This document shows positions 52,088-60,844 of a stretch of 64,000 nt of DNA, piece by piece. The notes beneath the pieces were generated by a model that was not told the DNA's origin, did not search any database, and saw only the letters and a program-made list of their open reading frames with translations. How positions within the stretch are numbered: position 1 is the stretch's first letter; each line of letters opens with the position of its first letter. The translations under genes and the position numbers were made by a program. This DNA comes from Clostridiales bacterium (GTDB taxonomy: Bacteria; Bacillota; Clostridia; Lachnospirales; WRAX01): contig JAISCI010000102.1 in the NCBI GenBank assembly GCA_031265685.1, positions 339 to 64,338 of the forward strand, given 5' to 3'.

Positions 52088-53749
52088 TCATAAACTCACT
52101 ATAATGTCGTCCATGCCCGAACCCGGCGGCACCATCGGCAGCACTTTCTCGTCCGGGCTTATCTCGAGAACGACCACGGCGGGGCGTCCCGATTCAATCG
52201 CCGTCCGCATGGCCGCTTCCGCGCCGGCCTCGGTGGAAGCGCTCACCGCCGCTATGCCGTGCGCCTCCGCCAGCTTCACGTAGTCAGTCACGGGCGGGAT
52301 CGACGTTTCGGAGTGCCGCCCGCCCATGAACATGGTCTGCCACTGCCGCACCAGCCCCAGCGAATGGTTGTTCATAACAATCACGACGATGGGTATATCA
52401 TACGCCGCCACAGTCGCCAGCTCGGTATTGTTCATGCGGAAACAGCCGTCCCCGGCCACAACAGCTACCACCGCCCCGGGCCGCGCCAGTTTGGCGCCGA
52501 CCGCCGCCGGCAGTCCGAAGCCCATCGCCCCCAGCCCGCCGGAGGTGATCAGCTCGCGCGGGTTCTCAAACGCCATGTATTGGCAGACCCACATCTGGTG
52601 CTGTCCAACCTCCGTGACGATAACCCGGTCCCCGCGCGTGACGGCGTCCAGCCGCTCGAGCACGCGCCTCGGGCTAAGAGAATCCGGGCGGACGCCGATC
52701 GGATACCTGGCCCGGGATACGGTCGTCCGGCGCACCCAATCCGCGTTGCTCCGACGTCCGGCCGCCGCTGTCAGCGCCGCCAGCGCCAGGCGCGCGTCGC
52801 CCACTATCGGCGCGTCGGCGCGGAGGCTCTTGCCGATCTCCGCGCGGTCAACGTCGATATGGATGAGGCGCGCGCCCGGAGCGAACCGACCGAGACGCGG
52901 CGACACGCGGTCCGAGAATCGGCACCCGACGGCGACGAGCAGGTCGCAGCTGGTCGCGGCCAGCGCCGCCGCCTGGCTGCCGTGCATACCGATCATACCG
53001 ATGAAACGCCTGTCCGAGGACGGGAACCCGCCCAGCCCCATCAGACTGGACGCGACGGGAGCGTCCAGCGCGTCCGCGAAAGCGCGAAGCTCCGCCGCCG
53101 CGCCGCCCGAAACCACGCCGCCGCCGCAGATGATCAGCGGGCGCTTGCTGTCGGCGATCAGCTCCGCCGCCATGGCAATGTCACCTTCGCCAAAAGCCGC
53201 CGAGGGCGCGGGCATATCGGGCCGGCGCGGCTCATAAGTGCAGGAAGCCGCCGTCACATCGTTCGGGATGTCCACGAGAACGGGTCCGGGGCGGCCCTCC
53301 CGAGCTATATAGAAAGCCCGCCGCAGCGTATCCGCCAGCCGCGACACGTCCCTGACGATAAAATTATGCTTGGTTACGGGCATTGTTATCCCGGCTATGT
53401 CCACTTCCTGAAAACTGTCGCGTCCCAGAGAACCGACCGGAACGTTGGCCGTTATCGCGACCATCGGCACGGAATCCATATACGCCGCCGCTATGCCCGT
53501 GACGAGGTTTGTGGCGCCGGGTCCGCTCGTGGCCAGGCAGACGCCGACTCCGCCGCCCGCCCGCGCGTATCCGTCGGCGGCGTGGGCCGCGGCCTGCTCA
53601 TGCGCGGTCAGGATATGCCGTATCTCGGAGCGGCGGGAATACAGCGCGTCATAAATATTAAGGACGGCCCCGCCGGGCAAACCGAAGACCGTGTCCACAC
53701 CCTGCTCCAGCAGACATTCCATTACGATCCGCGCGCCGGTGAGCGTCAT
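52088..53749 (-). CDS. ilvB: acetolactate synthase large subunit (biosynthetic type)
   Basis: 553 aa. ThDP enzyme with GGLGAMGFGLPAAVGA and GDGCFRMN motifs and an N-terminal GA(R)IVMECLLEQGVDTVFGLPGGAVL. Confidence 0.9.
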   Translation of the reverse strand: MTLTGARIVMECLLEQGVDTVFGLPGGAVLNIYDALYSRRSEIRHILTAHEQAAAHAADGYARAGGGVGVCLATSGPGATNLVTGIAAAYMDSVPMVAITANVPVGSLGRDSFQEVDIAGITMPVTKHNFIVRDVSRLADTLRRAFYIAREGRPGPVLVDIPNDVTAASCTYEPRRPDMPAPSAAFGEGDIAMAAELIADSKRPLIICGGGVVSGGAAAELRAFADALDAPVASSLMGLGGFPSSDRRFIGMIGMHGSQAAALAATSCDLLVAVGCRFSDRVSPRLGRFAPGARLIHIDVDRAEIGKSLRADAPIVGDARLALAALTAAAGRRSNADWVRRTTVSRARYPIGVRPDSLSPRRVLERLDAVTRGDRVIVTEVGQHQMWVCQYMAFENPRELITSGGLGAMGFGLPAAVGAKLARPGAVVAVVAGDGCFRMNNTELATVAAYDIPIVVIVMNNHSLGLVRQWQTMFMGGRHSETSIPPVTDYVKLAEAHGIAAVSASTEAGAEAAMRTAIESGRPAVVVLEISPDEKVLPMVPPGSGMDDIIVSL

Positions 53750-54228
53750 TTCTTCTTCTCGCTGACGAAGCGGACCGGCCGCAGTATAACCATCGTGAGT
53801 TCTTCCTCGGGAACGTCCGGGCCGTTAAGACACGCCTCGACATAGCCGCCCGCCGGCGCGAAGGCGTTCTCGGACATCCACGCGTCCATCTCCCCGCGCA
53901 GAGGGGCGATACCGGCGTACGGCCCGCGGTAGAGCGCGTAAGCGGCCATGTCCGCCGAGTACGTCCCGGGAGTTATCCCGCCCTCGCCGGGCAGTTCCGC
54001 CGCTACGGGGAAACACAACTCGTAAGCGGATTCCGCCGCCGTTTGGCGTATCACGCGGATGAACGGCGCCCCGGCCAGTATCTCGCCCCGCGACTTGACG
54101 TACTCGCCCAGCGCGAAGAAACCCTCGCCGATCGCCGCCGGCATGTCCCCGAGCGCCGTCTCGCGCGTCACGCCGACGTATTTTACGGGCGGCACCCTCA
54201 TTAACTCTATGCTTGATATTCTCGGCAA
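53746..54228 (-). CDS. GyrI-like / AraC-effector-binding-domain small protein
   Basis: 160 aa with the two-repeat beta-alpha-beta-beta pattern (VKYVGVTRE...; PGTYSADMAAYALYRGPY...). It overlaps the ilvB start (ATGA). Confidence 0.6.
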   Translation of the reverse strand: MPRISSIELMRVPPVKYVGVTRETALGDMPAAIGEGFFALGEYVKSRGEILAGAPFIRVIRQTAAESAYELCFPVAAELPGEGGITPGTYSADMAAYALYRGPYAGIAPLRGEMDAWMSENAFAPAGGYVEACLNGPDVPEEELTMVILRPVRFVSEKKK

Positions 54229-54249
54229 AGCCCAGCACTCCCTGGATTA

Positions 54250-54306
54250 GAAGTTTGCCTGAATCCGCAGACTTTCAAGAAATTTCGCCTGGATCCGCGA
54301 AATTTC
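54250..54306. repeat. two tandem family-B-like hairpins
   Basis: gaagtttgc ctgaatcc gcagactttc, then gaaatttcgc ctggatcc gcgaaatttc (a perfect 10-bp stem). The second encodes the last 10 codons and the stop of ilvE. Confidence 0.75.
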
Positions 54307-55372
54307 GTACACGCGTCACCCAGTTGAATATATCCGGCGCGTTTCCGTACTGGATCGCCGTAAGCTCGTCATACAGACGCTTCGACAGCGCCCCGGTCCT
54401 TCCGCCGGACACATCAATCTTCTGGCCGCCGAAGTTGAGTTCGCCGATCGGCGAGATGACGGCCGCCGTGCCGCTGCCAAAGGCTTCCTCCAACGATCCG
54501 TCCTTAGCCGCCGTCAGCAGCTCGTCCGCCGTAATCCGGCGCTCGGATACGGGGACGCCCCAGTGTTTGGCCAGCCGTATCACCGAATCGCGCGTTACGC
54601 CCGGCAGTATGCTGCCGGCAAGAAGCGGGGTAACCAACTCGCCGCTTATTTTGAAGAACGCGTTCATAGTTCCGACTTCCTCGACGTATTTGCGCTCTAC
54701 GCCGTCGAGCCACAGCACCTGCGTGTACCCGAGCCGCTCGGCCTTGACCTGCCCCGCGAGCGAGCTGGCGTAGTTCGCGGAGGCCTTCGTGTAGCCGATA
54801 CCGCCTCGCACCGCGCGGACATACTCGTCCTCCACATAGATCCTGACGGGGTTAAGCCCTTCTTTATAATACGCGCCGACCGGCGACAGGATTATCATGA
54901 ATTTATACGTGGCCGACGGATGCACGCCCAGTCCCGCGTCCGTCGCGATCACAAACGGCCTGATATACAGCGACGTGCCCGCGGCCCGAGGTATCCAGTC
55001 ACGCTCGATCTTGAGCAGCTCGATCAGCGCGTCCAGCGCCGTGTCAACGTCTATGCGCGGTATGATCATGCGCTCGTCCGAGCTGTTCAGCCGCTCGAAG
55101 TTCTTACGCGGCCTGAAAAGGAGTATATCGCCGTTTTTCGCGCGGTACGCCTTCAGCCCCTCGAACACGGACTGCCCGTAGTGGAACACCATGCACGCCG
55201 GATCGAACGGGATCGGGCCGTAGGGCGCTATCCGCGCGTCCCGCCACTCCCCGCCCGAATAGTCCATGACGAACATGTGATCGGTAAACACCTTGCCGAA
55301 AGTCAGCGTATCGTCGGCCGGCTTCGGCTTCCGGGATTTAGACAGCTCAATAGTCATTTCCATAATATTCAC
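54275..55372 (-). CDS. ilvE: branched-chain amino acid aminotransferase
   Basis: 365 aa, class IV aminotransferase (FEGLKAYR..., [21 protein letters not shown]). The C-terminal [10 protein letters not shown] is repeat-derived. Confidence 0.9.
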   Translation of the reverse strand: MNIMEMTIELSKSRKPKPADDTLTFGKVFTDHMFVMDYSGGEWRDARIAPYGPIPFDPACMVFHYGQSVFEGLKAYRAKNGDILLFRPRKNFERLNSSDERMIIPRIDVDTALDALIELLKIERDWIPRAAGTSLYIRPFVIATDAGLGVHPSATYKFMIILSPVGAYYKEGLNPVRIYVEDEYVRAVRGGIGYTKASANYASSLAGQVKAERLGYTQVLWLDGVERKYVEEVGTMNAFFKISGELVTPLLAGSILPGVTRDSVIRLAKHWGVPVSERRITADELLTAAKDGSLEEAFGSGTAAVISPIGELNFGGQKIDVSGGRTGALSKRLYDELTAIQYGNAPDIFNWVTRVRNFADPGEIS

Positions 55373-56445
55373 CTCAGCGCCGTTATTTTATTCGCTATCG
55401 CTTCACCCATCTCTTCGGTCGTAACAGCCGGGCCGCCCGGAGCGGCTATGTCCGCCGTCCGTATACCGTCCTCCAGCGCGGCGTACACGGCGATTTCCAA
55501 GGCGTCGGCCTCCCGAGTCAACCCGAACGAATACCTCAGCATCATTCCCGCCGAGAGTATCGCCGCGCACGGGTTGGCGATATTTTTGCCCGCGATATCC
55601 GGAGCGGAGCCGTGGACAGGCTCGTACAGCCCGAAACCGTCCGCGCGGAGGCTGGCCGAGGGCAGCAGTCCGATGGAACCCGTTATCTGCGCGGCTTCGT
55701 CCGAGAGTATGTCGCCGAACATATTGCTCGTCAGCAGCACGTCGAACCGCGACGGATCGCGGATCAGCTGCATGGACGCGTTATCGACGTACATATGCTC
55801 AAGCTCCACGCCCGGGTAATCCCGCGCCGCCTCGATAACCGTCTCGCGCCAGAGCCGCGACGACTCCAGTACGTTGGCCTTGTCCACGCTGGTCACGCGC
55901 CCGCGCCGCCCGGCGGCCAATCCGAACGCCACGCCGGCGATACGCCGCACCTCCCCGCGCGAATAACGCTCCACGTCATACGCCGAGTCGCCGTCTCGGC
56001 CCTTCTCGCCGAAATATATGCCCCCGGTCAGCTCCCGCGCGACGAGTATATCAATATCCCCGGTCGCTTTGAGCGGGCAGGCCGAGGCGAGCGCCGGTAT
56101 GAGCTTCGCGGGGCGGAGGTTCGCGAACAGGCCAAGCCCCGCTCGCAATCCCAGCAACCCCGCCTCAGGGCGCTTGTCCCCCGGCAGGCCGTCCCACCGC
56201 CATCCGCCCACCGCTCCCAGAAGCACGCCGTCGGCGGCGCGGGCCGTCTCGAGCGTCTCGGCGGGCAGCGGCTCACCCGCGGCGTCTATAGCCGCGCCTC
56301 CGGCAGGCAGTTCCGTATATTCAAACACACGCCCGAAACTACCGCCCACGGCGTTCAGAACGCGGACGGCCTCGCGAGTAACCTCCGGGCCTATGCCGTC
56401 CCCGGGGATCAGGGCGATTTTATACTTTTTACCGCCGCCGCTCAC
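55369..56445 (-). CDS. leuB: 3-isopropylmalate dehydrogenase
   Basis: I trimmed the track ORF to the GTG at 56445, which overlaps the leuD TGA, giving 358 aa. [55 protein letters not shown]. Confidence 0.9.
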   Translation of the reverse strand: MSGGGKKYKIALIPGDGIGPEVTREAVRVLNAVGGSFGRVFEYTELPAGGAAIDAAGEPLPAETLETARAADGVLLGAVGGWRWDGLPGDKRPEAGLLGLRAGLGLFANLRPAKLIPALASACPLKATGDIDILVARELTGGIYFGEKGRDGDSAYDVERYSRGEVRRIAGVAFGLAAGRRGRVTSVDKANVLESSRLWRETVIEAARDYPGVELEHMYVDNASMQLIRDPSRFDVLLTSNMFGDILSDEAAQITGSIGLLPSASLRADGFGLYEPVHGSAPDIAGKNIANPCAAILSAGMMLRYSFGLTREADALEIAVYAALEDGIRTADIAAPGGPAVTTEEMGEAIANKITALR

Positions 56446-56942
56446 CCGATCACCCCGTTCAGTTTGGCGCGCGTCCGGTTCACAAGCCCGCCGTACTCGA
56501 TGATCTCGCGCATAAACGGCGGGAACGGCTCCGCCCGGAACGTCCCGCCCGTCGTGTGATCGGTGATAACGCCGCCGTCCGTATCGACGGACACGCGGTC
56601 GCCCGCGCGTATCGCGGCGGCGGCCTCGGGGCACTCGACTATCGCCAGTCCGATGTTTATCGCGTTGCGGAAGAATATCCGCGCGAACGTGGCCGCTATG
56701 ACGCACGATACGCCCGAAGCCTTGATCGCCAGCGGCGCGTGTTCCCGGCTGGAACCGCAGCCGAAGTTCCTCCCGCCCACGATTATGTCGCCGGGACGGA
56801 CGGCGCCCGCGAAACCCGGGTCGATGTCTTCCATACAATGCGCCGCCAGCGCCGCCGGATCGGACGAGGCCAGATACCGCGCCGGGATGATCACATCCGT
56901 GTCCACGTCGTCGCCGTATTTGAAGACCGTCCCCGCGCTCAC
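56442..56942 (-). CDS. leuD: 3-isopropylmalate dehydratase small subunit
   Basis: 166 aa. [31 protein letters not shown]. Confidence 0.9.
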   Translation of the reverse strand: MSAGTVFKYGDDVDTDVIIPARYLASSDPAALAAHCMEDIDPGFAGAVRPGDIIVGGRNFGCGSSREHAPLAIKASGVSCVIAATFARIFFRNAINIGLAIVECPEAAAAIRAGDRVSVDTDGGVITDHTTGGTFRAEPFPPFMREIIEYGGLVNRTRAKLNGVIG

Positions 56943-57478
56943 CTTCCGCCGCCCCCTCGGATTACGCTGATGTGCAGCCCGGCGAGAACGTCGAGCGCCT
57001 TTTCGCCCAGCGCCGCGTCATAGCTGGCGGTAAGCGCGGCGTCCACTATTATCGGCGTGTCGGGCGCGGCCGTCTTCGCCAGAACCGCGTTCGCCGCGAC
57101 GCAGATGTTGGAAACAAGCCCGCAAAGCTCGATAGAATCAAAGCTCTCGCGGCGCAGATAGTCAAACAGATCCGCCGAGCCGAACGTATCCTTGACAAAC
57201 ACGGGGTCGCCCGAGCGAACGGCGCCGGCCACTTCCCCAAACAGTTCCCAGCCGCGCGTACCGCGCGTACAATGCGCTACAGGCAGAAACCGCCCCTCGA
57301 TAGTATCCGCGTAGCCGTCGCCATGCGTGTCATAAGTAAACGCCACGGTATCGCCGTCATCGCGGTAAGAGCGGATACGTTCCGCGATAGGCGCCGCCAG
57401 CGTCTCCGCCCCGTCAAACCCCAGCGACCCGTCCACAAAATCATTCTGATAATCCACAACAATCAAAAGTTTAGCCAC
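56939..57478 (-). CDS. isochorismatase-family cysteine hydrolase (nicotinamidase/PncA-like)
   Basis: 179 aa, GTG start with a [38 protein letters not shown] (catalytic Cys). Located between leuC and leuD and overlapping the leuD start by 4 nt. Confidence 0.8.
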   Translation of the reverse strand: MAKLLIVVDYQNDFVDGSLGFDGAETLAAPIAERIRSYRDDGDTVAFTYDTHGDGYADTIEGRFLPVAHCTRGTRGWELFGEVAGAVRSGDPVFVKDTFGSADLFDYLRRESFDSIELCGLVSNICVAANAVLAKTAAPDTPIIVDAALTASYDAALGEKALDVLAGLHISVIRGGGGR

Positions 57479-57536
57479 AATCCATCCTCCAATACAGTTC
57501 TTTTGCTTCTTTTCTTTTAAGAAAAGAAGCGGGACT

Positions 57537-57612
57537 GAATTTGCCGGCTTCAGGGCAAATTCAAAGCCGGCTTCAGGGCAAATTCAAAGCTGGTTTCAGG
57601 GCAAATTCAACG
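57537..57612. repeat. 3 x 23-bp tandem array of GGCAAATTC-type hairpin arms
   Basis: gaatttg + ccggcttcagggcaaattcaaag (57544-66) + an identical copy (57567-89) + ctggtttcagggcaaattcaacg (57590-612). Just upstream, at ~57505-57530, is a separate 10-bp-stem hairpin gcttcttttc/gaaaagaagc. Confidence 0.85.
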
Positions 57613-57618
57613 GTAATC

Positions 57619-58872
57619 TTAATACGCTGGCCTGATATACCCCGCCAGAGCGCTGGCCGCCGCCGTCTCCGGAGAAGCTAAGTACACCTCGGACTCCGGG
57701 TGTCCCATGCGCCCGACAAAATTGCGATTGGTAGTCGAGACGCACACCTCGCCTTTCGCCAGCACGCCCATGTGCCCGCCCAGACACGGACCGCACGTCG
57801 GCGGCGAGAACACGAAACCCGCCTCGACGAACGCCTCCGCGATTCCCTCGCGCAGCGCGCCGAGATAGATACGCCGCGTGCCGGGCAGCACTATCCCGCG
57901 CACGCCTTCCGCCAGGCGCCGTCCCCGGATTATGTCCGCCGCCTTTCGCAGGTCGGAGAGCCGGCCGTTCGTGCAGGAGCCTATCACGACCTGATCAATC
58001 CTCACGCCGGAACATTCGGACGCGGCCGCCGTGTTGGACGGCAGGTGCGGACGCGATACCATCGCGTCCACGCGCGACATGTCGATGTCGTAAGTTTTCT
58101 CGTACTCCGCGTCGCCGTCCGGCGAGTACTCAGTATAGGGTGCGATCCTGCGCCCGGCCAGATATTCGCGCGTAACGCCGTCCACCGGGAACACGCCGTT
58201 TTTCGCGCCGCATTCGACCGCCATGTTGGCTATCGTAAACCGGTCGTCCATGGTGAGATTGGCGACGCCTTCCCCGGAGAACTCCATCGACTTATAAAGA
58301 GCGCCGTCCACGCCTATCATTCCGACGACGGCGAGAATTACGTCCTTGCCCGACACTCCGGGGCGCGTCGCCCCCGTGAGCCTGAATCGCAGTGTCGGCG
58401 GAACTTTCAGCCAAACTTTGCCGGTGGCCATCGCGCAGGCCAGGTCGGTCGAGCCGACGCCCGCGGCGAAAGCGCCGAGAGCGCCGTATGTGCACGTGTG
58501 CGAATCCGCTCCGATGATAAGCTCGCCGGGCGCGGCCAAACCCTCCTCCGGGACAAGACAGTGCTCGATGCCGGCGAAACCCACCTCATAGTAATGGATT
58601 ATGCCTTGCTCCCGAGCGAATTCGCGTACTATCCGAGCGTTTTCGGCGGATTTGATGTCCTTGTTCGGCGTAAAATGATCCGGAATAAGCGCGATCTTCG
58701 ACTTGTCGAACACCCCGCCCGCGCCGAGCCGCCCGAACTCCCGGATCGAGACCGGCGCGGTTATGTCGTTGGCGAGAGCCAGATCCACGCCGGCCTCTAT
58801 GAGCCGCCCGGGGGCGACGGCGGCAAGCCCGGCCTTCGCCGCCAGTATCTTCTCCGTTATCGTCATTCCCAT
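57619..58872 (-). CDS. leuC: 3-isopropylmalate dehydratase large subunit
   Basis: 417 aa, aconitase family. [22 protein letters not shown] and PPTCGPCLG are the Fe-S ligand motifs. Confidence 0.95.
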   Translation of the reverse strand: MGMTITEKILAAKAGLAAVAPGRLIEAGVDLALANDITAPVSIREFGRLGAGGVFDKSKIALIPDHFTPNKDIKSAENARIVREFAREQGIIHYYEVGFAGIEHCLVPEEGLAAPGELIIGADSHTCTYGALGAFAAGVGSTDLACAMATGKVWLKVPPTLRFRLTGATRPGVSGKDVILAVVGMIGVDGALYKSMEFSGEGVANLTMDDRFTIANMAVECGAKNGVFPVDGVTREYLAGRRIAPYTEYSPDGDAEYEKTYDIDMSRVDAMVSRPHLPSNTAAASECSGVRIDQVVIGSCTNGRLSDLRKAADIIRGRRLAEGVRGIVLPGTRRIYLGALREGIAEAFVEAGFVFSPPTCGPCLGGHMGVLAKGEVCVSTTNRNFVGRMGHPESEVYLASPETAAASALAGYIRPAY

Positions 58873-58897
58873 GCGATCACCCCAATCTCAGTAAAAC

Positions 58898-58933
58898 ATT
58901 ATAAAGTATACAACTTTTGCGGAAGGAACGCAA
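58898..58933 (-). promoter_or_regulatory. candidate promoter of the leu/ilv operon
   Basis: On the minus strand: TTGCGT, 17 nt spacer, TATACT, overlapping a second TATAAT. It lies 25-35 nt upstream of the leuC ATG. Confidence 0.4.
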
Positions 58934-59261
58934 GAGCTGTATTTGTCATGGAGTGCCGGAACGCAAGTTAAATATGACCTATGGGTGATAACAGGATATG
59001 CCCGCGACGCGGAGCGACCGTGCGTATAACACCTGCCGTAACACGCGAACCGCGTCAAATCCGAGGGATTTAAGGTTACAAAAACACTTCGGCCCGGGCA
59101 AACGCGAGGTTTGACAGACAGTTCGTCTTTGGCGCGTACAAGCCCAGCCACAGACCGGCAAGTAAATCCCGCACGCGCAAATACTCCGGTCTTCCCCTCG
59201 CTCTCATCAATTTCAAACGACCGCGGCTTGAATTTTGACACGCTCTCCGCAAAAATAACTA

Positions 59262-59290
59262 TTGACATTACTCATCCAAAGCGATATACT
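59262..59290 (+). promoter_or_regulatory. promoter of the tRNA cluster
   Basis: TTGACA (59262-67), 17 nt spacer, TATACT (59285-90), about 45 nt upstream of tRNA-Pro. Confidence 0.6.
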
Positions 59291-59333
59291 GTCGTTACGG
59301 TTTCGATGGCCGTCGTTTGCGCGTTCGGTCAGT

Positions 59334-59407
59334 CTGGGTGTAGCGTAGTTTGGTAGCGCGCCAGAATGGGGTTCTGGAGGTCGCAGGTTCAAATCCTGTT
59401 ACCCAGA
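59334..59407 (+). tRNA. tRNA-Pro (anticodon GGG)
   Basis: Hand-folded cloverleaf. Acceptor CTGGGTG/TACCCAG, D arm GCGT..GCGC, anticodon stem CCAGA/TCTGG with loop ATGGGGT, T arm GCAGG-TTCAAAT-CCTGT. CCA is not encoded. Confidence 0.9.
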
Positions 59408-59425
59408 TTTTGGTTTTGCGGTTTT

Positions 59426-59499
59426 GGCGGAATAGCTCAGCTGGCTAGAGCATGCGGTTCATACCCGCAGTGTCGGGGGTTCGATTCCCTCTTCCGCTA
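59426..59499 (+). tRNA. tRNA-Met (anticodon CAT; elongator type by anticodon stem, Ile2 not excluded)
   Basis: Acceptor GGCGGAA/TTCCGCT, D arm GCTC-AGCTGGCTA-GAGC, anticodon stem TGCGG/CCGCA with loop TTCATAC, T arm GGGGG-TTCGATT-CCCTC. Confidence 0.85.
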
Positions 59500-59513
59500 T
59501 GTTTCATATGTTT

Positions 59514-59585
59514 TGGGCTGTCGCCAAGCGGTAAGGCAATGGACTCTGACTCCATCATTCGAAGGTTCGAATCCTTCCAGCCTAG
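59514..59585 (+). tRNA. tRNA-Gln (anticodon CTG)
   Basis: Acceptor TGGGCTG/CAGCCTA (U1-A72, as in Gln tRNAs), GCCAAGCGGTAAGGCA D arm, anticodon stem ATGGA/TCCAT with loop CTCTGAC, T arm GAAGG-TTCGAAT-CCTTC. Confidence 0.9.
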
Positions 59586-60280
59586 TAAACCTTTGGAATC
59601 GTTAATGATTGAAAATCAATTAACATCGCCCGCCCCATTTTCAAGGTTCGCTTAATGTATTGCTCGTTGAATTTCCGTAACTCATTATAACTGCGCTCCG
59701 CCACCCTCTGTTTACAGTTTGCCTGATCACGGCGCTTTGTTTGGCTCGCGGATTTTTCAATTATAAAATGACTTTTAGTTCGCTTGTGAACCGCGCAACG
59801 GGTTTAATATCAGACCGCGCAAAAACTCCCAAAGCCATAGCAAAAGCCTTCGAAATATGGTACAATTAAAGCAACGCAAACGATTGCGGAGGCGACGACC
59901 ATGCCATACAAACAGGGCGAAAGCCGAAACCAACTGACGCTGACCCCAATATGTCTTGACGACTATATCGGAGAGGACAGCATATGCCGCGTGATCGCGG
60001 CGTACGTGGGCAGCCTTGACATGTCGGCCCTTGGTTTCAAATACGCGGAGACGAAAGACACAGGCCGCCCGCCGCACGACCCGGCGTCGATGCTCGCGCT
60101 GTATCTGTACGGCTACCTAAACCGCGTCCACTCGTCGAGGCGGCTTGAAGCGCAAACTCGCCGCAACGTCGAAGTCATGTGGCTGATGGAGAAGCTGACC
60201 CCGGACGACAAAACGATCTGCAACTTCCGCAGGGACAACGCCGCCGCGCTGAAAGGCGTGTTCCGGCAGTTCAGCTTGAA

Positions 60281-60307
60281 GAATTTTGCTTGAACCACGC
60301 AAAATTC
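60281..60307. repeat. 27-nt family-B hairpin, copy 1 in the transposase
   Basis: gaattttgc ttgaaccac gcaaaattc. Its internal TGA ends ORF 59901..60293, and the frame shifts by +1 across it. Confidence 0.9.
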
Positions 60308-60486
60308 CATGGTGCAATCGGCAAGGTTTGTACGGCAAAGAGCTTGTGGCGGTTGACGGCACGAAAATCCGCGCAAGCAGTTCCCGCCGGAACATTCACA
60401 CGCAAAAGGGCACGGAAAAGGAGCTTGCATCCGTCGAGAAGAAAATCAGCGAATATCTGAGCGAGTTGGAGTCGAACGACGCATAT

Positions 60487-60513
60487 GAATTTTGCGTGAA
60501 CCAAGCAAAATTC
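60487..60513. repeat. 27-nt family-B hairpin, copy 2 in the transposase
   Basis: gaattttgc gtgaaccaa gcaaaattc. It starts on a codon boundary and is read through as EFCVNQAKF. Confidence 0.9.
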
Positions 60514-60668
60514 CTTACCGAAGCCGGCGACGCGAGGCTCGACGCTGCTGCGCTCCATGAAGCGTTAAAACGTCTGCAAGAGAAAAAGGACAAGCTTGCA
60601 GATTGGCTGACCCGGATTGAGGCGAACGGCGGCGCGGAGATTTCGACCGTCGACCCGGACGCCCAAGT

Positions 60669-60695
60669 GAATTTTGCTTGGTACACGCAAAATTC
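60669..60695. repeat. 27-nt family-B hairpin, copy 3 in the transposase
   Basis: gaattttgc ttggtacac gcaaaattc. It is read through in frame as NFAWYTQNS. Confidence 0.9.
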
Positions 60696-60817
60696 CTTTA
60701 TGCACTCCGGCGGCGACGCGCGTCCGCTCGACGCTTGTTACAGCGTGCAGGCCGTTGCGGACGCGAAGCACAAGCTGATCGTTGATTTCGACGTTTCAAC
60801 ATGTCCCGAAGACAAAG

Positions 60818-60844
60818 GAATTTTGCTTGAACCACGCAAAATTC
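60818..60844. repeat. 27-nt family-B hairpin, copy 4 in the transposase
   Basis: gaattttgc ttgaaccac gcaaaattc, identical to copy 1. It is followed by ataag, and the transposase continues in another frame from ~60849. Confidence 0.9.

Noticed and set aside
58888-59268. 126-aa minus-strand ORF upstream of leuC, considered as a possible leader peptide or regulator.
   Set aside because: The composition is non-coding-like (Cys/Arg/Ser-rich), there is no RBS, and it has no run of Leu/Ile/Val codons as expected for an attenuation peptide.
59586-59700. Direct repeat of the tRNA-Gln 3' end as an att site for the downstream island.
   Set aside because: Only a 9-nt match (aaggttcg) is present at ~59645, which is too short to call.
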